A stretch of DNA of 53,925 nt from a virus (taxonomy: Duplodnaviria > Heunggongvirae > Uroviricota > Caudoviricetes): the IMG/VR virus record IMGVR_UViG_3300017971_007904; one strand, 5' to 3'. Both the position numbers and the translations under genes were made by a program. Numbering within the stretch: position 1 is the stretch's first letter; every line of letters begins with the position of its first letter. The notes beneath the pieces are model-generated. The model saw nothing but the letters and a program-made list of their open reading frames with translations. It searched no databases and was not told the origin of the DNA. Below are positions 43,652 through 51,193 of this stretch, in pieces.

Positions 43652-43835
43652 CGATAGCGTCGAGCTAACGCCCGAAACGGACCTGACCACCCTCGGAGCC
43701 GATTCCCTTGACCTCGTTGAGTTGGTCATGGAGATCGAGGAAGAGTTCGATGTTGACCTGCCCGACGAGGAAGCCAACAGTTACAAGACCATTGGCCAGA
43801 TTGTAGAACAGGTGGACCATGCATCCGATTCTTAA
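43599..43835 (+). CDS. acpP: Acyl carrier protein
   Basis: [21 protein letters not shown] phosphopantetheine site; AAGGAG SD. Confidence 0.92.
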   Translation: MSTQKKITQLVRGTLDLDDSVELTPETDLTTLGADSLDLVELVMEIEEEFDVDLPDEEANSYKTIGQIVEQVDHASDS

Positions 43836-44151
43836 ATACATCAAAGTATCCGGACTCTTCATGGCTGAGTGCGTTAAAGGTCATTATGACAATGTTCCAT
43901 TTACGCATGAAGAATGGATTGCTTTCACGCACGATCTTCACGAGAAGCTGAAAGACAGGGAGTTGGACTTCAGCGACGATCTGATCGTCTGTAAGGTGAT
44001 GCCGTTTGAAGTGGAAGGAGAGGACTTCGTCCTTCGCTTCCTCGCCATGTTCGAGGAAGCTCATGTGCTCGTCACACGCCAACTCCATCAGGAGAACTGG
44101 CCGGAAGAGACACCGCAGGACGATGAAGCATACAAGGGCTTACCAAATTGA
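43819..44151 (+). CDS. Hypothetical protein
   Basis: Coupled ORF. Confidence 0.6.
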   Translation: MHPILKYIKVSGLFMAECVKGHYDNVPFTHEEWIAFTHDLHEKLKDRELDFSDDLIVCKVMPFEVEGEDFVLRFLAMFEEAHVLVTRQLHQENWPEETPQDDEAYKGLPN

Positions 44152-44187
44152 CATTGGTAAGAGCGTCGACCTAGTGTCGGCGCATAC

Positions 44188-44261
44188 AGCGACGTAGCTC
44201 AGCGGAAGAGCGGGAGTTTCATAAGCTCTGTCAGTCGTGGGTTCAAATCCCACCGTCGCTA
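44188..44261 (+). tRNA. Elongator tRNA-Met(CAU) (Ile2 not excluded)
   Basis: Cloverleaf, paired 1:72. Confidence 0.85.
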
Positions 44262-44318
44262 CTTTGTCTGCGTCGGAGCGTAGATAGTATAGGTTTTCTA
44301 ACAACGAGGAGCCGCAAA

Positions 44319-45002
44319 ATGGTTGCTACAAAGCATCGAAGAAAGAAGCTTCGTGGGTACTGCGCCGATAGCGACAGGCAGCACCGTTGCGCCATCCGCA
44401 ACCGGCGTCTACTCGTGATCAACCGAAACTACCAGCCGATTGGCACAATGACCTTGAAGAACGCTGTCAACAAGCTCTTCAAGGAGGTTGCTGTCATCGT
44501 GCTGCCGCCCGGCAACGGGTCAGACGTATGGCAGGAACTGACCTGGGACATGTGGGCTGACTTGAAGCCTCGTGACGGTGAGACTGTACTTGGAGCAGCC
44601 CAAAGGGTGTTCCGGATTCCAGAAATCATCAAGATCAAGGATTTTGCCGATGTACCGCAGCGAAAGGTCAAGCTGAGCCGTCGAGCCATCTACAAGCGAG
44701 ACGACTACACTTGCCAGTACTGTGGTCGGCAGGCCCCGAAGGACATTGCTCCTGACGAGTTGTCCATCGACCACGTCCTGCCCAGAGCGCAGGGTGGAAC
44801 AACTGAGTGGGATAACGTTGTCCTGGCGTGTCTTGCGTGTAACCGTAAGAAGGACAACAGAACTCCAGAGCAAGCTCATATGGCTCTTTTGAGAGAGCCG
44901 GTGATGCCGCACTACGACATCCTCCAAGGAAGGATGATAAGAGTCGATTCGTGGGCTCACTTCCTGGGTGACTGCTACTGGGAGGTTCCACTTCGAGACT
45001 AA
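44319..45002 (+). CDS. HNH endonuclease (McrA/HNH_5-like)
   Basis: LVINRNYQPI; RRAIYKRDDYTCQYCG; SIDHVLPRAQGG; NVVLACLACNRKK. Confidence 0.92.
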   Translation: MVATKHRRKKLRGYCADSDRQHRCAIRNRRLLVINRNYQPIGTMTLKNAVNKLFKEVAVIVLPPGNGSDVWQELTWDMWADLKPRDGETVLGAAQRVFRIPEIIKIKDFADVPQRKVKLSRRAIYKRDDYTCQYCGRQAPKDIAPDELSIDHVLPRAQGGTTEWDNVVLACLACNRKKDNRTPEQAHMALLREPVMPHYDILQGRMIRVDSWAHFLGDCYWEVPLRD

Positions 45003-45052
45003 AAGCAAGTACCCGCTACAGGGCTTGTAAGTGCATTCGCTAGAGCGTTTGC

Positions 45053-45089
45053 CAACCACCACCCCCGGCGAGGCCGGGGGTGGTGGTTT
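45053..45089 (+). repeat. 37-nt hairpin, direct-repeat copy 1 (short U-tract)
   Basis: caaccaccacccccggcgaggccgggggtggtggttt, identical to 46069-46105. Confidence 0.9.
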
Positions 45090-45116
45090 CACCATTTCAA
45101 CAAAAAGGAGAAGATC

Positions 45117-45880
45117 ATGAGTAAGCAAAATCGGAGGTATCTTTAGTAATGAGAAACACTTGAAGAGAGGGTGTCTTTAGCCTTTCCGGCGCTAAGGAGA
45201 TCATCCTTGAGATTCGGGCCGGTGAAGGTGGAGAAGATTCCAAACTCTTCGTTCATGATCTTTTCTCTGCGTACACTAAGCGTGCGCAACATCTTCACCT
45301 CAAGGCCGAACTTCTCGATTCATCTAAGGGTAGCGTCACGGCCAAGGTCTCTGGTAAGGGCGCTGGCAAAGCTTTCCAGCACGAAGGAGGTAAGCACATT
45401 GTTCAGCGGGTACCCCCAACGGAAAAGAAGGGGCGACGGCAGACATCGGTGATATGCGTAACTGTCTTACCGATGCCGCCGAAGCACGAATTGAAGTTGG
45501 TTCCGGAGAACGAGATTGACATCACCTTTTCAGTCGGCCAAGGTCCTGGTGGTCAGCATAAGAACCGGACTGAGTCGGCGGTAAGGATGGTACATAAGCC
45601 TACCAAGCTCCAGGTGTACCTGGACGGTGGCCGGTGCCAGCATCGTAATCGAGCGGAGGCGCATCGCATCCTCTCGGCGAAGGTGAGTCAGTTCAAGGCC
45701 GAACAGGAGCAAGCTGCCTACGATGCGATCCGGAAGGCTCAGTTCAAAGGAACTGGTCGTGGTGACAAGATTCGTACCTACAACTTCATCAAATCCAGGG
45801 CTGTGGACCACAGGACTGGGAAGAAGACGAAAAACGTCAAGGAGGTGATTGAGAAAGGTCGATTTGATCTATTAGAGTGA
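45117..45880 (+). CDS. prfA: Class I peptide chain release factor, RF1-type, lacking domain 1, translated via two +1 frameshifts (~253 aa)
   Basis: EIILEIRAGEGG; VQRVPPTE (PxT); GPGGQHKN (GGQ); KIRTYNF; no ATG/GTG/TTG in frame before the conserved block; AAGGAG SD at ATG 45117. Confidence 0.88.
45132..45180 (+). promoter_or_regulatory. Tandem prfB-type programmed +1 frameshift cassettes
   Basis: CGG AGG TAT CTT TAG (45132-46) and AGA GGG TGT CTT TAG (45166-80); internal SD, 3-nt spacer, CUU, stop. Confidence 0.88.
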
Positions 45881-46069
45881 TCGTCCGGACCACCGCTCTC
45901 CGGAGAGGAAGGTCAGGCCAACTCCGCTTAAGGTAGGAGGGTTCGCCCGCTTGCACTACCGAGGTTGCAACGCAAACAGATCGAGGGGGTGAGCGGCCCT
46001 ATGAGATCGGGTAGCGGCCAACAGATAAATGGTGGTCACGAACAGAAGCCTGCCTATGAGACGATTCTC
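45875..46069 (+). ncRNA. rnpB: Minimal RNase P RNA (catalytic domain with remnant S-domain)
   Basis: P1, P2 gaccacc/ggtggtc, P4 aggUcaggc/gcctgcct with bulged U, P5 caac/gttg then CAA, P6 ccgctt/gagcgg, P7 ggtag/ctacc, P15-L15(GGU)-P16-P17, AGATAAAT and ACAGAA conserved strands. Confidence 0.92.
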
Positions 46070-46109
46070 AACCACCACCCCCGGCGAGGCCGGGGGTGGT
46101 GGTTTTTTT
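46069..46109 (+). terminator. Rho-independent terminator, direct-repeat copy 2
   Basis: Same 37-nt hairpin with a 7-U tract. Confidence 0.9.
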
Positions 46110-46146
46110 GTGCGCCCATCCTACATATTTCAACAGGTAGGTGGTG

Positions 46147-46989
46147 ATGTATTCATTCTCACAGTGGTTATTTCTTACCGAGGCAGAATCCCGGCGACAG
46201 CAGGTCAGGTTTCAGGACATTGGCCAGCGCATCGAATACGGCAAGGTGATCGAGGCCAGGATCAAGCGGGTGCTGGAACAGGAATACGGTTGGCAGATCG
46301 CTGATGTTACTACCAGGGAGGACAAGTACGAGAAGGTCGATGGCCTCGTCAGGCAAGCGGATCAGCGGGTTCCCGTTCCTCTCCCCGCATACATGCAGGT
46401 GAAGTATCGTGACACTGGTGACGATCTATTGTTGGAGGTGGTGTGGGAGCTACCGGCAGGCGCTGAGCGGATGGATATCGACGAATTGCTTACGGGCCGG
46501 GACATGCGTGGGAAGGCTCAAATCTACGTGAATCTCAATCAGGCCGGGAATCTGATCCGGGTGCGGAGTGCTGAAGAGGCTAAGAACATAGCCAGGATGA
46601 TGCTTGAGCAACTACTCGCTTCTGGGAGGCAGTCGTTGCGTGTTGGATCGAACGAGATCAAGATTGTTAAGGACCCCAGAGATCAGCGGCTCAAGGTCAA
46701 TGCATTCATCTCGCCCGAGTCATTCAGTTGGAAGGCCGACTACCCCGTTAGTGAAGACATGTGGGCCGAACCCGAGCTTACCGTCGAGCCCCAACCATTC
46801 CCATCTGCGCCGAAGGGCCTTTCCCCACAGATGCTGGCTCAGTTGGAGATAGCGATCAACCAGGGGTCGTCGGCAATGCCCAAGCCAAACAACATGAAGA
46901 AGGTGAAGGCGTTACAGAAGTATGCAGGTAAGAGGGGCGTGGATGTAGCGGTGTCGGGGAACCAGCTTGTGTTGCAGAGGGTGTCTTAG
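46147..46989 (+). CDS. Capsid-targeted PD-(D/E)XK nuclease-like protein
   Basis: MYSFSQWLFLTEAE; E...DKYEKVDG...MQVKYR; TACATA at 46122-27. Confidence 0.65.
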   Translation: MYSFSQWLFLTEAESRRQQVRFQDIGQRIEYGKVIEARIKRVLEQEYGWQIADVTTREDKYEKVDGLVRQADQRVPVPLPAYMQVKYRDTGDDLLLEVVWELPAGAERMDIDELLTGRDMRGKAQIYVNLNQAGNLIRVRSAEEAKNIARMMLEQLLASGRQSLRVGSNEIKIVKDPRDQRLKVNAFISPESFSWKADYPVSEDMWAEPELTVEPQPFPSAPKGLSPQMLAQLEIAINQGSSAMPKPNNMKKVKALQKYAGKRGVDVAVSGNQLVLQRVS

Positions 46990-47033
46990 AGACTCGGTGT
47001 GAATCGGCATCTGGTTATCCTCTCTGTTGACAT

Positions 47034-47894
47034 TTATGGCAATGGAATGAATTTATTGGGTCGTTTCACTTCCTTATCACCTTTTATGATCGGAAGTAGG
47101 TTAGCGAAGTCGAGGAATCCGAAGATTGGTTCGTCCGGACTCTTGGCGAAGATGAGGTCGCCTCGGCCTTGCTCGACACGAGCGTTCATGAAGTCTGCAA
47201 ACTCCTTCGCTGTCACCATGCCGTCTTCGTCTGGGTCTATCTCTCTGCTTCTCTCAGCCATAGCGATGAACAGCTTTTCCATTTGTTCCCCCTGTGTACA
47301 GAAATAGCTCAATTTATCTGCCTCGGAGCTTGCGATCATGCTGAACAGTTCTTGTTGCTTTTGGTTGTACGAAGAAATTTTCGGTAGTTTCGCTGCTGCG
47401 TGACAACTTAGCTGCCACCAGAGTGTCTCTTGATTGTTCTCTTCTGCTGCTTGTGCGATTGCGTCAGCGACGATCTTGCGTTGGCCGATATTATCTAGCC
47501 CCCCACCACCACCGCCATGACCGATGGTATAGATGATCAGTGTATCCCCGGCTACAGCACCGATCTTCATTTGCTCGCTGATGAAGGTTTTGAGTTTATC
47601 CATACTCATCTTCTTCCACTTGAAATCGATCCGTCCATCTCTATTGATGTGGTAGTTCCCTATATCTTTGATATCCAACCCTTTAGAAGCTGCGAGGTTT
47701 GCGGCTGCGATTGCTTGATCGGCATCGGTATTGCCGATTGCATCGGGGCTGTGTTTCAAGACAAGTATTCTTACCGCCACTGATGGAATATTTCCGATGT
47801 AGTGTTCGGCGACTTTTGGGGTTTGGATGATTACTGGTTGGGCGACGGCTGGTGTGGCCAGGGCTACGATCATGAGGCATAGAAAACGGTACAT
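47034..47894 (-). CDS. Secreted caspase-like (clan CD) peptidase candidate with EF-hand-like loop
   Basis: Signal peptide MYRFLCLMIVALATPAVA; LIIYTIGHG and QLSCHA dyad; DPDEDGMVTAKEF. Confidence 0.55.
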   Translation of the reverse strand: MYRFLCLMIVALATPAVAQPVIIQTPKVAEHYIGNIPSVAVRILVLKHSPDAIGNTDADQAIAAANLAASKGLDIKDIGNYHINRDGRIDFKWKKMSMDKLKTFISEQMKIGAVAGDTLIIYTIGHGGGGGGLDNIGQRKIVADAIAQAAEENNQETLWWQLSCHAAAKLPKISSYNQKQQELFSMIASSEADKLSYFCTQGEQMEKLFIAMAERSREIDPDEDGMVTAKEFADFMNARVEQGRGDLIFAKSPDEPIFGFLDFANLLPIIKGDKEVKRPNKFIPLP

Positions 47895-47924
47895 TGTAAT
47901 TCCTTGGAAAGTTAAGGTCGGTCG

Positions 47925-47930
47925 TATATA
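47925..47930. promoter_or_regulatory. Second bidirectional TATATA box
   Basis: Between divergent starts 47894 (-) and 47938 (+). Confidence 0.45.
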
Positions 47931-47937
47931 GGCTACA

Positions 47938-48606
47938 ATGAGCAAACTGTTCTTTATGCAAGTTTACAAGGATCAACGTGCGGCTCTCCGCTCGATCCGT
48001 CAGCTTCGGTCTGTATATCCGGATGCGATAGTGATTGTTCGGTCTGACGGTGGTGGTGGACGTTGTCGTCAGCATTTCGAGAAATTGGGGGTCAAGTTTT
48101 TTTCGGAGCGGCGACGGTTCACCTATCAGTACGGCGGTTACTGTGTGCATCGGATGCTCCACTTGTGGGCGCAACACAATACTCCCTTTCTCTTCAAGAT
48201 TGACCCCGATACTTACGTGCGGCGGCAACTCGGCGACTTGAGTCACTTTAAGGGCATCTTCGGAACACACCGGTGCATCAACAAGGCTAAGGTGATTCAG
48301 GGTGGTTGTGTGGGGTTTACCAGGGCAGCCGCTCGTCGGTTGTTCAAATCGAGGATATTGCTTCACAAGAAGCTGGTTACACTTGAAATACCCCATCGTT
48401 ATCGTGTTCCGTTTTTCCAGCGAAGGAGAAAATTCGGCTTATCATCTTTTGATTGGTCGATTGCTTGGGCGGCTTGGTCGTTGGGAATACCACTTGAGAA
48501 TTGTCCGGAGATTTCATGCCGTCACCAGCGGTTTCCTTATGATGACGGTACCCAGGCGATTTTGCATCCTTGGACGAAGTGGAAGGGGAAAGGAAACGAT
48601 ACGTAG
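47938..48606 (+). CDS. Glycosyltransferase-like protein
   Basis: VIVRSDG; FLFKIDPDTYV DxD; IQGGCVGF; FDWSI. Confidence 0.6.
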   Translation: MSKLFFMQVYKDQRAALRSIRQLRSVYPDAIVIVRSDGGGGRCRQHFEKLGVKFFSERRRFTYQYGGYCVHRMLHLWAQHNTPFLFKIDPDTYVRRQLGDLSHFKGIFGTHRCINKAKVIQGGCVGFTRAAARRLFKSRILLHKKLVTLEIPHRYRVPFFQRRRKFGLSSFDWSIAWAAWSLGIPLENCPEISCRHQRFPYDDGTQAILHPWTKWKGKGNDT

Positions 48607-48630
48607 TTGGTATATACGAAGGGGTTTAAT

Positions 48631-48903
48631 ATGGAACGAAAGACATATCAGGAATGGATCACCAACGAGGCGGACGGAGCAGGTGTGCCCCAGCAGTCGG
48701 AGATTCCGGGTTTTCAAGCGTACACCGGTGTGGGTGCTGAAGCAGAGACGCAGGCAGAGCAGGAGCTTTTGCAAAATCTTCTTGCGGCGTTGCAGCAGCA
48801 GTATCCAGGCGCAAAGTGGTCAGCGGATGCGGGAGTGACGGAGCCGATTATCGAGATACCTATTCCTCCCCGAATGGTAGTGCTCAGAGTAAGTGTTCGA
48901 TGA
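48631..48903 (+). CDS. Hypothetical protein with capsid-targeting N-terminus
   Basis: MERKTYQEWITNEA versus T4 IPII/III MKTYQEFIAE; TATATA at 48611-16. Confidence 0.75.
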   Translation: MERKTYQEWITNEADGAGVPQQSEIPGFQAYTGVGAEAETQAEQELLQNLLAALQQQYPGAKWSADAGVTEPIIEIPIPPRMVVLRVSVR

Positions 48904-49289
48904 GATTTAAGCAGTTCGTAGAAGGCGTCGAGGTATGGTTGGATGACCTACGTGATCCCAACGATCCTCAACATCAGCAAGAGAAGGGTGCTCGGCCCGG
49001 TATGATTTGGGTGAAGACATACCAGCAAGCGATTGATCGATTGATGGTGGGTGACGTGGACTTGATTGCTTTCGACAACGACCTGGGCCCAGATTCAGTT
49101 GACGAGAGGGGCCGTGTTCGAGAGGGTCGTCATGTGGCGGACTGGATTGAATTTATGGCAAGGCAAGGTGAGTTGAAACCGCCTTCGGAATGGATCATCC
49201 AAACGGACAACATCCCGACGAAATGGGCGATTGATACTGCCATGCGAAAAGCTCAAGAGTATTGGAGACAACATGAAGAAGAAATTTGA
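48900..49289 (+). CDS. Cyclic-phosphate-processing receiver-domain protein, capsid-targeted
   Basis: MRFKQFVEG; VWLDDLRDP...WVKTY...IAFDNDLG...EGRHVADWIE. Confidence 0.8.
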   Translation: MRFKQFVEGVEVWLDDLRDPNDPQHQQEKGARPGMIWVKTYQQAIDRLMVGDVDLIAFDNDLGPDSVDERGRVREGRHVADWIEFMARQGELKPPSEWIIQTDNIPTKWAIDTAMRKAQEYWRQHEEEI

Positions 49290-49668
49290 GCTTTGGTGCG
49301 AGAGGCGTGAAGGTGCCGCCCAGCGGGCGCATGAACTTATCATGCCATGGATCGACGATAATTACGATGGTATGGTCAGCGATATCCGAACCCTCGGATG
49401 GTCATCGGCCTTCGCCCTGGACGTAGCGCCCGGTGAAGATGTGGACGTGGTCAAAGCCGTCGACCAGATGCTGTGGGCCGAGTTTGGGCGGTATGTGGAC
49501 CCGGCGAAGATGCAGGATGCTAGGGCCGAGAGGTTGCGAATACGGGCCGCAGAGGGCCTTGAGGACCTCAAACCGGCTCCGGAAGCCGAGGAATGGAAGC
49601 AGACTTTGGCCCAGGTATCCCGGCCAAAACCGGTACCACGGCGTCGGTCCTGGGCAGATGTGGTCTGA
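49273..49668 (+). CDS. Hypothetical protein with capsid-targeting-like N-terminus
   Basis: MKKKFELWCE; GGAG SD. Confidence 0.7.
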   Translation: MKKKFELWCERREGAAQRAHELIMPWIDDNYDGMVSDIRTLGWSSAFALDVAPGEDVDVVKAVDQMLWAEFGRYVDPAKMQDARAERLRIRAAEGLEDLKPAPEAEEWKQTLAQVSRPKPVPRRRSWADVV

Positions 49669-49962
49669 AAAAATCCCACCTCCTGGTGGTTAGTCTCGAT
49701 TTTTTACCCCACCTATGAGCCATTTCGTCTGAAAATCGGGCTTTCATAGATTTTTCAAAATCAATGAAATAGTAATAAATGCTAAATGAAATGAAAGGAA
49801 CACCCATCCGTATGACCAGGGGTACACGGAAGTATGTTTCTTTTTATTCTACGGGCTCTCCGGGCCTCTCAGGGCATACTGGTGATTGATATGTGGTCAC
49901 ATTTTGGCTCCGGAGTTCAGTAGCGCCGTTTCTAACGCCGCCCAGCGCCGGAAAAATTCCCG

Positions 49963-49990
49963 TTGACAGGGTTTCTGGGGTCATTAAAAT
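49963..49990 (+). promoter_or_regulatory. Sigma-70-type promoter
   Basis: TTGACA-N16-TAAAAT. Confidence 0.65.
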
Positions 49991-50061
49991 CACGATCATG
50001 AAAGTCAGGGACCGAATGTAAGGTCCTGACAAATTTCTGAAACCCGTACTATGGGAGCCTA

Positions 50062-50403
50062 ATGATGGATAGCACCGTCGTTACCACCCCCGTGCCCGCT
50101 GCTGCGGTCCAGCCACCCAAGGCTGTCTCCAAGAAGCAGCGTGGTTGCCGCTGCCCGGTCTGTAAGAAGCGGACCCTGATAAAGGGCAGCAGCGCTAATG
50201 TCTGCTCTAACAAGGAATGTCAGAGCGTTAACCTCAACTGGCACCACCACGTCACGAAGAACGTGCAAGGTCAGGGGCTTTACTGCCACCTGTGCGAGAA
50301 CAACACGGTCCACACCGTCACTACCATTGGTAATGTGGAAGTCCGTGGTTGCTCCCGATGCCTTAACTGGTTTCTGGTTCCGAAGCTGGATACCAAAGAG
50401 TAG
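50062..50403 (+). CDS. Multi-zinc-ribbon protein
   Basis: CPVC, CSNKEC, CHLC, CSRC. Confidence 0.7.
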   Translation: MMDSTVVTTPVPAAAVQPPKAVSKKQRGCRCPVCKKRTLIKGSSANVCSNKECQSVNLNWHHHVTKNVQGQGLYCHLCENNTVHTVTTIGNVEVRGCSRCLNWFLVPKLDTKE

Positions 50404-50436
50404 CCTTTGGTATTAGTGCCAAAAGCTCGTACAAGG

Positions 50437-50474
50437 AAACCCACCCCCGGCTTTCGCCGGGGGTGGGTTTTTTT
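50437..50474 (+). terminator. Rho-independent terminator
   Basis: aaacccacccccggc-tttc-gccgggggtgggttttttt. Confidence 0.9.
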
Positions 50475-50481
50475 ATTGACT

Positions 50482-50510
50482 TTGATCTACAACCTTTTCT
50501 CAAGTAAAAT
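50482..50510 (+). promoter_or_regulatory. Sigma-70-type promoter
   Basis: TTGATC-N17-TAAAAT. Confidence 0.5.
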
Positions 50511-50550
50511 GGCTCTTATTGTCGATGGTAAGAATAGGGAGTCTCATTGG

Positions 50551-51192
50551 ATGAGTCGCCGATTAGATTACAAACGATCAGCCTATCGTCAGCACCCTTA
50601 TTGTCATTTTTGCGATAAAAGGGTGAAGAAACGACAGTGCTCGGTCTTTTTCATTAAAGCCAACGGCAAGCCGATTCGTATCTTGGCTTGTCGACAGTGT
50701 ATTAGTCGGCATCGGAGCCTGCTTTTGCCGGAAGGGCGGGTATACAATCTTCAACAATTCCGGCATGAAATTTGGGAGCATAACCCTTACTGCCATTACT
50801 GCTGGCAAAGGTTGCCGATATTTGAAGAAACGACACTGGATCACGTCGTACCAGTGTCGAAAGCGGGCCAGGATTTTCCTGATAACTTGGTGCTTGCTTG
50901 TGAGAAATGTAATCAACAGAAGAAAAATAAGTCGTACATTAAGTTCTTTAATGAGACGAAATGGCTAAGGAGAGGTAAACAGATGAAGAAGAGTGACAGT
51001 TACTACCTGGGTCGCAACTGCGATATGGGTTGTTTTGTAGACCCGTGGCCCGGTAGTCTTCAGGCCCGCAATCTCGATATCCAATTACGGGCATATAGGT
51101 TGTGGGATCAGGCTGGGAGACCCGAAGGCAAGGATTTAGATTTCTGGCTCCGGGCGGAACGAGAATTTGAAGACATGGTACAAGGTTGGTGA
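50551..51192 (+). CDS. HNH endonuclease in frame with a C-terminal DUF2934-like domain (internal start likely at 50983)
   Basis: CHYC...TLDHVVP...NLVLACEKCNQQK; IQLRAYRLWDQAGRPEGKDLDFWLRAEREF. Confidence 0.75.
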   Translation: MSRRLDYKRSAYRQHPYCHFCDKRVKKRQCSVFFIKANGKPIRILACRQCISRHRSLLLPEGRVYNLQQFRHEIWEHNPYCHYCWQRLPIFEETTLDHVVPVSKAGQDFPDNLVLACEKCNQQKKNKSYIKFFNETKWLRRGKQMKKSDSYYLGRNCDMGCFVDPWPGSLQARNLDIQLRAYRLWDQAGRPEGKDLDFWLRAEREFEDMVQGW

Positions 51193-51193
51193 T

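Noticed and set aside
45449-45880. ORF-track start (GTG 45449) for the release factor
   Set aside because: It would omit the conserved EIRAG and PxT regions that lie in frame upstream and has no SD; the frameshifted reading from 45117 explains both
45965-46304. ORFs 45965-46147 and 46029-46304
   Set aside because: They overlap the RNase P RNA and terminator; shadow ORFs
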